DNA of 64,000 nucleotides from contig CM082578.2 in NCBI GenBank assembly GCA_040954595.2, positions 5,686,831 to 5,750,830 on the forward strand. Reading direction: 5' to 3'. The stretch is from Balanoglossus misakiensis. Lineage: Eukaryota > Animalia > Hemichordata. Positions 1 through 24,156 of this stretch are shown piece after piece; position 1 is the stretch's first letter, and the number at the start of each line of letters is the position of its first letter. The notes under the pieces were generated by a model, which was not told the DNA's origin, did no database searches, and worked only from the letters and a program-made list of their open reading frames with translations. The translations under genes and the position numbers were made by a program.

Positions 1-151
1 GACTTCGAGAGTGGGTGTCCCTTTAAAAATTTAACAGTGTAATAACTTTCCACAAGAACACTTTAATTGTCAGTGTAGGTCTCCAGTCATATGTCGTATA
101 GCTGATGGACGATGGTTTGTAAATGATACAAATAATGTGTTTTACTTTCAG

Positions 152-244
152 CGAATACGAACAAATATGCAACCCCAGTGGACCGAAGAGGATCTGAAGA
201 AAAACCTAGATGGGCACAACAGAGTCCAAGTGTACAAACTTTAA
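152..244 (+). CDS. Possible terminal coding exon of a gene entering from the left (RIRTNMQPQWTEEDLKKNLDGHNRVQVYKL*), product unknown
   Basis: Acceptor ttttactttcag ends at 151; phase-0 frame is open for 30 codons to TAA 242-244; AT-rich UTR-like sequence follows. Family not recognised and phase not certain. Confidence 0.3.
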   Translation, partial: RIRTNMQPQWTEEDLKKNLDGHNRVQVYKL

Positions 245-3200
245 ATTTCCGAAGCTGTGCATGAGTAGCGTTAAAGTGGAACTTCTGGATTGATTAACAC
301 GTGAGGGAGATGATTCGGCAAGTGCGTGGAAGCCCTGTGGTTTTCAATCACACAAGACGTGCTTTTGCGTGAGAAGATATGTTTGGGACCGATCGTTTTT
401 AACTGATTGGGAGGGGCGCCGTTTTTTCTGTCATTGCCAAGTTTCTTTCGTAGGGCAGACATTGCCCACATGCGTCCCTACTTTGATGTGAGTGTTTGAC
501 AGGGTGTGTGTTCTCTGTCAATCATATTGCTGAGGCGAGACATGAACAGAAGCAAGGGGAAATCGGGTGTCAATTGAGAATGAAAAAGAAAGAGAAATTT
601 GAAGGAAGAAACAAGTAATATATGTATCGACGGAAGTTCCACTTTGCGAAACTGGGTATGTTTAGAGTTATTGTACAGAAATGGTTGCACTGCAGAAATC
701 AATCGTGAAGTCGACGATTATACAAAGGATGGTAAAATGTTTGATTCAGTTTCATTATATAGCAATAATATATGTGTAGTGAAGACTGGGATTTTAAGCA
801 GAAAAAAGAGTAATGCATTTTATCCTTGTACAGCGTACACGTCGTGGATTATTTTAGTATGACGATGTTAACGTTTTTTGGTTAGTATGTACAATGTATA
901 ATTACATTTGGTGTGGACAAACCCGAAGTCCGCTACCTTAGCATGTGCATTTGTTAAGCAATATTCCGCCCTACGTGTGAAAATCTCTCGCTAAAAATAA
1001 TCAGTGTTGGTTTTATATAGATATTGTTACGTAATGACAGTGTCTAATTCTTTGATTTTATACGTTTGATACAATTAAGTAATTTAAAAAATAGATGTTA
1101 AGATGGCCGTAATATTTTAAGCAATACTTCAATTTTGTTTTTCTGCCCGATTTTTCTCTCCCAAGAGATTGAAAAGAAGAAAAAATGTGCACATTTTCGT
1201 CTCGGACTGCCACACTTTCTGACGAGAAAAAAATTATCAAAGCAAACACTATGGTGTAATGTTTTTGTATAGGCTGATGTATAAAATTCGTGTAGTAATA
1301 GATTTCCTGCTGTACACTGCCACTTTGCAGTGTAGTATATGTAACTATATTCTGTATAGTCTTTACTGTAGATATCAATACTGTATAGATATCGTGACGA
1401 TTCTTTGGTATATATACATGTAGAGACGAGAAACTTGTAATAATGATATTGTCGTGCGGTTCCATTCAGGTCGACTTTTCTTTTTTGGAAATTTCATATT
1501 GTGTGCTTGCAGATTTGACGAAAAAATGATATAGAAAGATACGCCTGGTCCGGATCTTCTTTACGTAAGGTTAGATCAATATTACGGTAATCAGTGGGCC
1601 AGCGAACGTCAGCCACCAGTGTGTTGATTGCCATTCACCTCCACTGTTTTACAAGAGAGCGCCAGGGCATCCGTGGGATTTCCCACCAGACACGTCTCAC
1701 GGTCAGTATTGAGGAATCGTGGCGCCGTAAAGGGCGGATTATAAAGCCTATTACACTTTTTGTTTGATCGAGAATTTGTAGAATTTGTTAAGTTTTACAA
1801 AGTTGGTACTGTATCAAAGCTACAGATTCACCTTGTTTACTTTATCTGCACTTATGTTGTAACGCATATAATCAATCTTTTCAGTAAAGTGATATTTTAA
1901 CTTGTTTTTAAAAACAAACCAACATTTTAGCGCATGTCGAATGCACTCTTTTGTATCCGCAAGCGTTCCTTCTCATTTTGTTTCAGACATGGGGAGGACC
2001 TCCTCACGTTCTCTTTCTTAATTCGAGATTGGTGCGAATTAATTGATTAGCGTGCGATTTAAGGAAATGTATGTAAACGATCCTTCATTTTTGTGAAGTT
2101 GTAAGCGTTTCACCAAGAGAAGTATGCACGTCAAACAAGATAAAGTTCTTCATCTTTACACCTTGGAGCCGCTCTTGATTTTAAAACCGTTGTTTTCATG
2201 GAGTATTAGCACAAACGTATAAGATATAAAATTCAGTATTAGCCAAGATGAGTCCGTCTCTATTTTTTTCTAATTTATTACCAAGCAGATGGGTCATTGG
2301 GCAAGTCGGGTTTGGATTACTGACCTTGACTCGTCCATCTTATGTAAATTTAGATGGGAATTCTCCGGAGATACATGTGCCAAGTCAAACGAAAACACCT
2401 CTGTACAGCGCATCAGCTGAGCCTGGCGCGTCAGCGTCATGGTTATGCTAGCTGACACAATGCTATACAATGTATACGTATCATGATTCATAATTTTCTT
2501 AAGTCATTTAGATATCCCAAAATTGAATACGGTCATTATCCCAGAAACAAACCATGCTCATGTTGTCTTTACACACATAAGACCATATTGTCAGCCTCGC
2601 CTAAAGACGCACTGAGATTAAGTTTCAGATTCAGATTCAGAAAACTTTATTATCTGCGTAGAGAAATTAACATACCAAAATCACTGGCCACCAGAAGAAC
2701 CACGTCTGGTCGCCACTAGAGCAGCGCCCTCAGATGTTTGGTATCGACAATGGCAATCGAGATTATCTACGTACAAATGTATTCATATACTTATCGCTTT
2801 CACAAGACATATTAGGCTATTTCGATTGCGGTTAGCATAACACTTAGTCCGCCGGGGCTACTTTCCCGCTCAAACCTGAAGCGACAAGACATTACACTGC
2901 ACTCATAAAAGCGGCAAACGGTCTGGTGGGATTTTGCACGAGTACATTTGAGGGAGAGACTGTACATAGCTGTCGAACGCATCAACTGTCAATAATTGGT
3001 ATGTCCGCCCCTTTACTGAATGACCTCGACTCGCAATCGATCTGACAAAGTATCGATGAGTTTCCGACACATATCTTTGTGGAAATCTTCCCACGATGTC
3101 ACTATGCAGTTAAACAGGTCATCGATGCTGTAAATTGGACGGGAATGAACGTCCAAGTCGATCAACTCCAACAGGTTCTCGACAGGGCTCAAATCTGGAG

Positions 3201-3338
3201 AATAGTAAAATTATCGAATGGACAGCCATTATCATGAGAATTTTGGTTTACATCCAAGACAGCATGTACATGTGCATTATCCTGTTGGAAAACGAAATCG
3301 GGCCCGACGAGGCTCAATTCCGAACTCGGAAGGTAGAA

Positions 3339-3344
3339 TTTATT
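3339..3344 (-). promoter_or_regulatory. Candidate polyadenylation signal of the CTHRC1-like gene
   Basis: tttatt on plus (AATAAA on minus), about 380 nt downstream of the stop codon. Confidence 0.35.
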
Positions 3345-3724
3345 GTTGCAGTACGCCCAAGTACTTCAAGCGATTCATTGTGTTCTGAACTCTAACAAGC
3401 GAAATGCCACTTGCAGCCGAGAAACTGACGTGGACGAAATCGACAAGGCGGGTGTCAGTTTGAAACTGACACGCGCATTGTCGTTTTCTCCCACGGTACA
3501 TTTCCAACAAGAGCAATGGATGGTCAGATAACCATTCAGTATTCCCATTCACATTCTCGTCCAGCGTAATGTTCATGATAAAAGAATACAACAAAAACAA
3601 CACACTGCTTTTCAGGAGAATGATTATTTAATCGGAATTAATTTTCAAGCATACATACTGTATCAGGTATACATATAATTTCAAAGCCACTAATGATACC
3701 GATAACAGTGTCCATTCAGGTTTT

Positions 3725-6131
3725 CTATACATCACTAATTTCTTCGATGATGATTCGAGACACAGACTTAAATCCTGTGTATGCGTCACCCGCTGAGTAG
3801 CCGTCACATGCCGACACACGGAATTCTACTCTGATTCGACCAGCAGGTAGATCGAAGCACATACCCTCAACTGGGGAAATAATAACACGAAAGGTATAGC
3901 ATTAAAATCACAATCCTCACAATGGAACTGAATTACTCAGTACTTAGTTGAAATTCTACTGTCAAATAATGAGTTTCACTCGGACATCAAATTGCACACA
4001 TACAGGTATGATAATGCCGCTTGAATCTTTTGAACATTACTTAAGATATGTCACATTTACTATAGTGATAATACCGAGTGTGCATGATATATGTTTTGGT
4101 AATATTTCTGATGTGTATTACTAGTATGTTCGTTGATAACGTTCACTTTGGCAGAGAGTGTTCGCCAGACGTCTTACTTGAATAGGCTATAGTATGGGGA
4201 TATCTCTTTATGCTTTTTGTACTCAGTTGACGGTTAAATATGCGGAAGCACGACAATATTAGCCGATTTGCAAATGATGAAAAGTACAAACGTATGCTAA
4301 TGGCGTTGTTTTATTGTAAATGATTGTATGCACACTAATGTCCCTTGCTGTGTGACGAGGCAACCATCTGAGTTTTGCGATGCGTGTAACAGTTTGTGTA
4401 TGTAGTCATTATGTTATTGTGGTTCAGATATACAACCTTTCAAGACATTCATGTTTAATCTCATATGACTTGTAACACAAATGTTTCAATAACATACACC
4501 TTAATACATCCCCATGAAACGTTAGATTGTGAAACATATGGAAGCTCGTGTGAAATGAGCTTTTGTTGTGCAAAATGCAACTTTCATTCTTACTTGAAGT
4601 TACACGGTGTCGGTTAGTTCCACTATTGCTGTAAACGGCACTGTCTATTGGTAGTGGCTTACTACACTCCTGCCCATTGAAGGTGAAATACCATCGATCA
4701 CAGGCTGATGATGAAGTTGATATTACGCGTAGATTACCGTTCCACAGAACACGAAGTGCACTAGTGGCTGACCGTTTGTCGAATTCACACTCCTGTAAAA
4801 TCAGATAACATTGTAGCAAATGCAATCAGACTGGTATAAATTTCCAAACGTTTCTAAAACACTGTTGGTAGATGTTATTTTGATCGACATTTCTTCTTTG
4901 ATATAGCCATGCATGTTTGGTGGAAACGTTGTAAAAGTTTATGATTTATTTATTTTCAAGTCTATGCCTTATTGTATTGAAATTAATGTCAGCTAATGTC
5001 AGTCTTGGTGCAATATTAGTTTAACGCTTCATTTGCGATTTCGTGGCAGTATCTGTTTTGGGACGAATTTCATCGTCAGGGATCCTAACAGTCGGACGAG
5101 CTAAACCTCACTATCTCACAAAATATTGTATTTAATTCGTTGCAATCGTCGGCATTACTGGTCTAAATGTCGAGTGACTATGCGGAATGTGTAGGCATCT
5201 GTACTCGTCTAAAATTCTATTCGTAAGTGTCTATATACAAGCCAAGAGGGAGCTCCCTCTTTATCGTCTACTTTTCAATTTACTATGAAATTACCTTAAT
5301 GACGCCACTCTCACGTCCGTCGTGGATCCAATTCCATGCGCACTGTTTGAGGTTGTGGGAGGAAGACACGATACTGTTTTCCGATTGCCCTTCATGGCCA
5401 GCATCACCCTATACAATATGAGTAACGTGGAATAAGTACATGATCATTGTTTTGTGTCCGTACGCACAGCTTTTTGTCATTTAACTTGGCTAAGCAGTAA
5501 TACCATTTCGCATTTGTGCATTGTGGATAGTTTATGCCAGTGATTCACACAACACTGCACGTTCCTGTTCTACACAGAACTGACTGAGCAAGCCCGGATA
5601 ATCCACGTTTTTTTCTTCTTCTGGCATATCGACATTCTCCAGCCGTACGATGGATATCGATCACGAGAAATAAACATAAACACTCAGAAACTACATGTAT
5701 GCGATGAAGACGTAAACCACTTTGCTGAAAAAAAATTAAGCGCAAAACTCTAAATTCACGTTAATTTCACAATGTGATGTATCCAGCTATCATTAGGACG
5801 TGCGATTTCAAAGAAAATAACAGGCAGCAGTCGATGATGAGAGAATATAACGGAGGACGACAATTGTATTCTCTGTATATGTTGTCAAGAACGGACACGA
5901 TACCTGCGAACATATTTAACATAACAAATTGTACGGTGCATACATTAAAACGAAACTTTCCCTTTTTCCCCAACAGTAACAATTCTATTTGGGCTCAAGG
6001 ACACAGACATCGGTAGTTTTTACACGTGTACTCACCTCAGAAGGCACTGATGTGGTCTCCAACCCATCCGTCCCTACCATAAAGGTAGCCACTAAAACTG
6101 CACAGAAAAGCCCTGGAGCACGTTGCATCAT
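3725..6131 (-). CDS. CTHRC1: CTHRC1-like secreted protein (collagen triple helix repeat-containing 1 family), 4 exons, ~184 aa
   Basis: Exons on minus strand: 6131-6036 (MMQRAPGLFCAVLVATF signal peptide), 5408-5295 (GDAGHEGQS...NLKQCAWN...GVIK), 4792-4594 (ECEFDKRSATSALRVLWNGNLR...CDRWYFTFNGQECSKPLPID), 3870-3725 (EGMCFDL...GDAYTGFKSVSRIIIEEISDV*). All introns GT-AG with matching phases 0,0,1. Motifs match the CTHRC1 C-terminal domain (SALRV, RWYFTFNGxEC, SVSRIIIEE). Confidence 0.9.
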
Positions 6132-8668
6132 GGTGGTAGGAAAATATTGTATCAAATACGCAATCCACGACCGCATTTAAACTTTTTGAGAGGACACTTC
6201 ATTGAAAAACTATGTTACGCAATGTGTAAAACTGTATTTTAAAAAGTCATGTCAAATTTGAAATTTACCATGGTTCATTGAAGTTCTCTATATTGTCTAT
6301 AAAACCGTGTTTTAGATAATTTTTCTCAAGAGGGCTCAATTTTTCTTAATTCATCACAACTGGAGCCGTCTTATTCTTCAATTGTAGCCCATTGTAGTCG
6401 GCGATAACCTGGTTTCAAAAATATCGGAAACATGAGATACGGTGTCAGAGGTGTAGTCGAATATCACAACCACGGGCAGGCAGGCCATTAAACAGTTTGC
6501 TTTGGAAGATGCCCTCTATGAAAACTATCATGTAACAGTCGTACTGAGCTTTGCAGACATATTTTACACGACTCGCTTTTACGGAAATATGCTGTTTTGA
6601 ACACAACGTATATACAATCTACAAAGTAACCATGGTCCAAAATCTCTGAATCCGTCCACTGTACAAAAACTTGTTGCAGTGTGGCCTCTGAGAGTACATT
6701 TTTGTTAACTGGTAATGGGTTACCGATGTAACTTTTCGGTGCTCATATTAACTATTTCCTGTGGTTAAATGATATATTTTTGTATGTTCTGTGATAATTA
6801 TTTTGACGCTTAAATTCACTCATATTAATGATTTGGTTCATCCCTGTGAAACTCACCCATCCATTGCAGTTGGCATCCATAGTGTCAATACTCTACTCTC
6901 AGAAACATGCAACCACAAATAACTTTATAATATAAAACTTTCATCAAATGCGAGTTCACCACCAAAATACGAAGTCAAATTCGCTATTGTAGCATTCGTG
7001 TAATACTGCAGGGTGACCCGATTGCCATTTGGCTATGACATGACCACGCAACGCTTTCGAAGTCATCACTGCATGTTTCCGCGCCACATGAGTTCATTTT
7101 GCGTTATCTTGGTTGCTTGTGATGGCAGGTAGTGATCTGTCACTGTACACACATTAGCTGTTTCCCTACAGTGCACGGGTAGGGCTAGGGTTTGTTTTGT
7201 TAATTAACTTGTCTATAGCATATCTATAAATGGTGATTTATTTAATCAGTGTTCATTCTGAGACATCTCTTCATTTCCATCCCGTGGTGTCCGTGGATAA
7301 TTTCCAAGGTTACTCAGTAATGCATGGACACCGAGCGTCTATCATCGCTTGTCTTTACGTTGTAAACACAAAACCCAGCAGTAGGCCTATACATCAGCTG
7401 TTCTGTTGGAACCATCTCTGAGTTAACTTTATGTTTTTACTTTGTTCTTGGTTTTTCCATCGGCCACCACGACACCCCTCTCCCGCATATATTCACCCTC
7501 TCGGACTGGTGCTCCCTGACAATAATATTAAGCTTACCCTCGCCGCGGCTCTGGCATCGCCAATATCATGGTCATGTGATCATCATCTGTCGTGCAGGCT
7601 TCACATCGTGATGTATGTTTCCCTCGCTATCATGTGTTTTACTTAATTATAACTCAGTTCGTGAGGCCCTAATAAAAGCCAGTAGTGATGCCTTTGTCTA
7701 AGAAATCTGTAAGATAGCCAATACTAAGTTGGAATGATACATTTAGAGAGACTCATAAAGTGGCTCGTCAAGCATAACATACAAAGTATATTAACATGAA
7801 AATCGGAATCCAAGCCTGGCTTTGGACCGGACTTTGAACAAATGCGTCAATGTAGAGCACAGTTTAAATACGCTCTTAGGCAATGCCGAAAAGAACGGCT
7901 TGTGGTCTTCTCAAAAATGACCATCGAAGATTTTACACTGCTGATTGAAATAAAAATTGAGCCCCGTTCCCCGCCACTGTGAATAACACCAGAGATCAAC
8001 ATAGTCCGGACTGGTATAGGGAGTAGGACGTAGGGAGGCGGCACAGCCAAAGCCGGACACTCTCGCCACACTCCATCGACGACAGTGTGGTACCTCATGC
8101 CCGCCGGTTTCGGAGGTAATGTTGAGTGTAGCATGTTGGGATACTTGACCTCGGCAGCCGGGAGATTTTGCTATGCAAAATTGCGCCCTCAAGAATAATA
8201 AGTTAGATTCTGTCTTTCTCGTATTTTTGCACAATAGAGTGCAGTTTTACAAAACATTTATTTGATACTCAAAGGCAGGAAATTCATCTCAGTGAAATTA
8301 AGTTTGTTGTCCTCGAAAATAATCTTGCTCCATTAAAATCAGAAGGTTTTTTAATGAATTTCAAAGTTGCTGTTTTCCAGACAAAAATTAATGTTATCCA
8401 ACGGACATTAAACATTTCTTTATTTCTTCAAGAAGTGTAAGTTATTAATATACTTTGATGCTATGTGAAGTCAATGAACCAACTGTAAATGTTTTGATTT
8501 TTTTAAATACATGCGTATTTATGTGGCTTGTAGTCGACTAAGACTATCCTCTAAGATTTCGATTTTTTATTTACTCCTTTGGGTGAAATTTTGTCCATGT
8601 CCTCCTTATGTGTTCTTGAAAAGGTCACATCGAACATGCCTTATGATCGCGTTCCCATCTGAATTTTT

Positions 8669-9394
8669 GCCATTTATTTTTCTGTCAATATTTTCAATTT
8701 TGAGTAGACCTTAACTGCCTTATAATTGTGTAGCGCAGTTTCTATATATCATGCTTACTAGTTGTGAATGTAAACAGGGCGATTCCAGTGCGTGCTTCCA
8801 AACACCAAAAGTTTAATTCGTCCAATCCGCCTGATACACATCAGCGAGTCCTTTAGTCGATAAACAATATTACAGGTACATATCAAGGTGAGACCTTTGC
8901 TACTGTCTTTTGGACTGGCCTCGGAACTAAACCGTTTCCATGCAATCGTTAGTCTCTCTGTCCCTGTCTGACTGTCTGCCTGTCAACGTGTTTGAAGCGA
9001 AATCGACTTATTCAAAATCTTGTACACTCGAGCCATTTATTTTTCTGTCAATATTTTCAATTTTGAGTAGACCTTAACTGCCTTATAATTGTGTAGCGCA
9101 GTTTCTATATATCATGCTTACTAGTTGTGAATGTAAACAGGGCGATTCCAGTGCGTGCTTCCAAACACCAAAAGTTTAATTCGTCCAATCCGCCTGATAC
9201 ACATCAGCGAGTCCTTTAGTCGATAAACAATATTACAGGTACATATCAAGGTGAGACCTTTGCTACTGTCTTTTGGACTGGCCTCGGAACTAAACCGTTT
9301 CCATGCAATCGTTAGTCTCTCTGTCCCTGTCTGACTGTCTGCCTGTCAACGTGTTTGAAGCGAAATCGACTTATTCAAAATCTTGTACACTCGA
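8669..9394. repeat. Direct tandem duplication, 2 x 363 bp
   Basis: 8669-9031 is repeated at 9032-9394 (gccatttatttttctgtc...cttgtacactcga); no mismatch found by eye; 2-nt GC microhomology at the junction. Confidence 0.95.
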
Positions 9395-9547
9395 GCAAGA
9401 AGTTTCTAATGGGGAGTGACTTTGACCGGTGGCATGATCGGTGGACACGCGATGGCGTACTATTATTAAGGCGATAGCGAAGTCCGTGCTTGACAGAACT
9501 GCGACGACAATCCTATCTCTGCCGACAGCAAGCCGATTACGAGCGAT

Positions 9548-9554
9548 TATAAAA
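9548..9554 (+). promoter_or_regulatory. TATA box of the CLCA gene
   Basis: Consensus TATAAAA(AGG) exactly 100 nt upstream of the ATG at 9648. Confidence 0.6.
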
Positions 9555-9647
9555 AGGCATGTCACGTTTCCAGCCAGCCCCATTGCCGGCATCTGTAGAG
9601 AAGTGTAAACAGTGCCTCAGAATTCTTCAAGTGGTTGCGCCGGAACA

Positions 9648-20343
<10,696 letters not shown>

Positions 20344-20534
20344 CCAGAGTAAGGGATCTTTGAATGAGTATTTCCAAGCCTTGAACAATCAACCCGTACT
20401 GTGCATGCGTACTGAGTCTGTTACCAGCAAAGGTCATTGAACTCTACCTAAATTGTACTATTTACATTGTCCAGGCCAGGCAAAAGCCATATTGTATATA
20501 CTAGTATAGCATTACATTGAATTTCGCGATTTAA

Positions 20535-20626
20535 AATAAATTATGTATTTTGATAATGTATTTCACCATCATGTTTGTATTGAGACCGTGACCGGTTCGC
20601 GGCAAAACTTTAACATTGGGAATAAA
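20535..20626 (+). promoter_or_regulatory. Candidate CLCA polyadenylation signals
   Basis: AATAAA at 20535-20540 and 20621-20626, 190-280 nt after the stop. Confidence 0.45.
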
Positions 20627-23600
20627 GTGTCGTCAAAATGTTAATGTTATAAACTTAGAAAATGACATGTATCCGAAACCTGAACTTTGCAGGAGATGGA
20701 TATATAAGTACATGTAAATGCTGGAATACCGTACAAGCACGATTGAGAAAAATAGTGGCAAAACAACCAATGCAGCTTTGACAAACACATTTATTGACAT
20801 TTAGTTGTTTTCTATCCACATCTCTGAATTAAGGACAACAGTTTAATTTACTTTCCAGGAATATTTAGAATTAAACAGAGAAAACAACAATACCGAAAAT
20901 CTCCACTTCTTGGGATTTTCGAAATAATAGGCCTGTGTGGGTTGCGCTTTCTACAAGATTCTCTAATTTTGCCGTTTTTAATTTTTTTTCAATAAAAAAT
21001 TCTTGGTTGAACAGCAGGAGATACATCATCATGGCAACTTGTCCCCCACACAGATTTGAGACGTGGCGTGGTCAAACCGGCCATCGCCACGTCTAACGCT
21101 GCAAGTTTACCTTCACACTGATAAACTATGCATTAGCTGATAAACTATGGATTTGCCAGCCAGGTTGAAGTATTTGAAAAAATAAGGTCAAAGCAAGGAG
21201 GGGATGTACTTGCATGAAAAAAAAACATCCAGAACAAAAGGATTACATCAGAATGATTAATCCAACCTGGTCAGTTTTTATGTGGGGGAAACATTCGAAT
21301 ATTTGACCATTTCATAATCATGTCATGGTAAGTCCCTGAGGTCGGAGAGAATAGTGTTACATAAATTAAATAAACAATTGCGGTCCATGCACGTGTAAAG
21401 TGACTGAGCTTCACGTGTGTGACCGCGTGGCCTAAAACGTTACGGTACAATTTCGAAGCACGTGTCTCGCTAACAAAATTCTAATTTCGGCAAATTTTGA
21501 TGACTATATCGAATAGACTGTTCTGTTACATATCACATATGCCTTGCATATTTCATGGTGACTGCAGTGACTGCCTCAAACACATTTTAAAAATGAATGT
21601 GTCTAGCCATAGCGCAATAAAACTTGCAGCGGTATGACCTGAATGATAAACTGTCTGTTGCGCACAAAAGTATCAGGCGCTCAACGTGGTTATTATTTTA
21701 TAGCTATAGAGAGTGATATGGAGAGAGAGAGAGAGAGGGGGGGGGGCAGACAGACATGTAGAGAGATGTGGGATTGCTCGGTTTATGACCGAAGAAACAG
21801 ACGATAAATTTGGTTACACCTTTCAACAACTTTATCTTCTCCAGTTTATCTATTGGCAACAAATATGAAAAATAAATGAACCGTTGTCAAACGAGTTCTT
21901 TGTCTGGAAACTGATTTGTATCCTCCAGTGTACATTAAGCGCGTATGAAAATATCTTTGTTTGAAAATTATCAGCGAATGTCAACGTGATATTTTGATAT
22001 CTTAATTGACTATGCAAAGCTTCCCGCCTAATGTACTATTACAGTGAGGGAAATATAGAAATTCCATGACCACATATACACTTTGTAGTCGTCGGAAACA
22101 CGCTTGAGGGCGCTCTTGCCATTGCGTCAGGCTATATCATGAAGCGACGTTGCCATGTCTCTTCCACAAGAAAGCAGTAAATATGTTTCACTGTGGGATT
22201 TTAATGTTCGTAGTACATTGTAGTTATGGCGATGCCTTTCATTGCCCAGAGAAATTATTCGAATATGAATCGCCAGGGCTCCAGTTGTAGGACTGTAAAT
22301 TCACTTTATGGCAGAAATTATATTTTAGTGTATGATTCTTCCAGCATCAATCAATCAAGTTATATGCAATTGTTTACTTACTGGCATCTTGTAACACAGC
22401 CAGCCGGGGTATATTTGGTGTCAAAGCTAGCGAGGAAACTAAATATTGGTGATGACGAATATTGAACACCTTATTATAGGACTTGTGCCTTAATTGCTAT
22501 TGATTTAGCTGCAAACGAGGTAACCTGATAATGTGTCGATTGAGATGTGTGTGTCAGACCCGGAGTTTTATTGCGATTTCATGAGAAATGGCTTGATAAC
22601 TTTTGCGGTGAAGATACGGTGAGGTGTTGATGATGCGATGTCGGAAATGTATAACCATTAAAGTAGCCTACGATTAATATTGTACTTGCGGCAAGTGATA
22701 TCACGTGTTCTCCAATAAATCACGACACGGGCGTTGGACACGGAATATAAGTTTTTTTTTACATGCAGACATAATGCAGCCAAATAGCAACATATTCACG
22801 ACATCACAACATGTGATAGGTGATGTGTGGGCCAGTATTACAATGAACGAAACCAACAGCCGGACGAGAAATGTGCTGATCAGTCAGCAGAAGTCTTGAA
22901 TATGAAGATTCTGACATGGCATGATGCTGTTCAGTACAGCTCTCTTGAGTCCACGCCGGGGGTTAACCATGCAATAATTGAGCAGCGTGCAGACCTTTGA
23001 AAACTCGGTCAAAAATGCGGTAAAAGCAGTTCTGGTATACATGTATTGGAGTGATTGTACTGAGGCCATTCAACGGTCGAAAATGCGAAACAACTCCCAT
23101 CCAGTTTCTTTTAATGGGAATTTAGAGTCGTAAACTAAACCAATCTAAGCTAAAATCAATACCAACACATGTACGTACTCTGATTCTCGCTCAATCACTT
23201 ACCCTTTCCATTATCAAAGTCATTGTCTCCTTTAACAAATTCTCGGCTGATTTCCAGGGGGTATTCGTGTATTCCACTCAAGCGGTGAACTTTCACCTTA
23301 TCTGTATAGCCATGCACGCTTGTTCACGCTGGAGTGAACTGTGTGTTTTTTGTTATATGTCGCCCGCAGATAACAAAAAGGAGAGCCTTTAACACGTTTT
23401 TGACAGAAATATTTCAGAATATAAATCTATAACTCTGTGTGCAACGAAGCAATGATGGATCAAAATATCTGTGAAAGTGAGTAAATTATACAAATTGCGT
23501 GTATCTCTCCACACATAGAATGAATAGACATAAAGGTCACGAACAGCACAATTAAAAAAAAATGGTTTTGTAAAATGTTGTATTACACTTTTCACATTCA

Positions 23601-24105
23601 TTTTGCAAAAGACACGCATTGAGCTTGACATTGGGCTTAAATAATGTGAACAAGTAAATTCTTAATAGCCAGTATTAAGGCCGAATGCACTCAATGCACT
23701 AACTCCCAACTTATTTGACCCCTCTGTACTCTTTGTGTCGTAGTGCGAAATTACTGACAGGCTGCTGTTCGAAATTCTGTGGGTCGTTTAACATAAACCT
23801 GTAGTACATTGGCCTTATTACCATAGTAAGTCTAGTGACGTGTAAACTGAGGTGGAACCATGCTATGTTTGAGATGTAAAAGGTAAGTACTCGTGAATTT
23901 TATAGAAGGCCCAGTGCACAATAGAACAATATACAGTGAAAGACGGTCGGTGTATAAAAGTAAAATTTAGCTTCCCCTCTTGAGTAAAGAGTTCGGATTT
24001 ACGACCAAGTTATTCCTATCGGCGGCGTTTATTTCTAAAAAGAATAATTTTTCGAGTCTAGCAAAAACACGGCAATTTGGCGTCATTTCCCTATAATCAA
24101 ACTAT

Positions 24106-24156
24106 ATTAAAGCAATCTAGAAATTAAGGCAATCTAGAAATTAAAGCAATGTAGAA
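24106..24156. repeat. 17-bp minisatellite, 3 copies
   Basis: attaaagcaatctagaa / attaaggcaatctagaa / attaaagcaatgtagaa. Confidence 0.85.

Noticed and set aside
21421-21470. GACCGCGTGGCCTAA, matching the 5' end of tRNA-Arg genes
   Set aside because: No B box, T arm or acceptor-stem partner; at most a decayed tRNA-derived SINE head.
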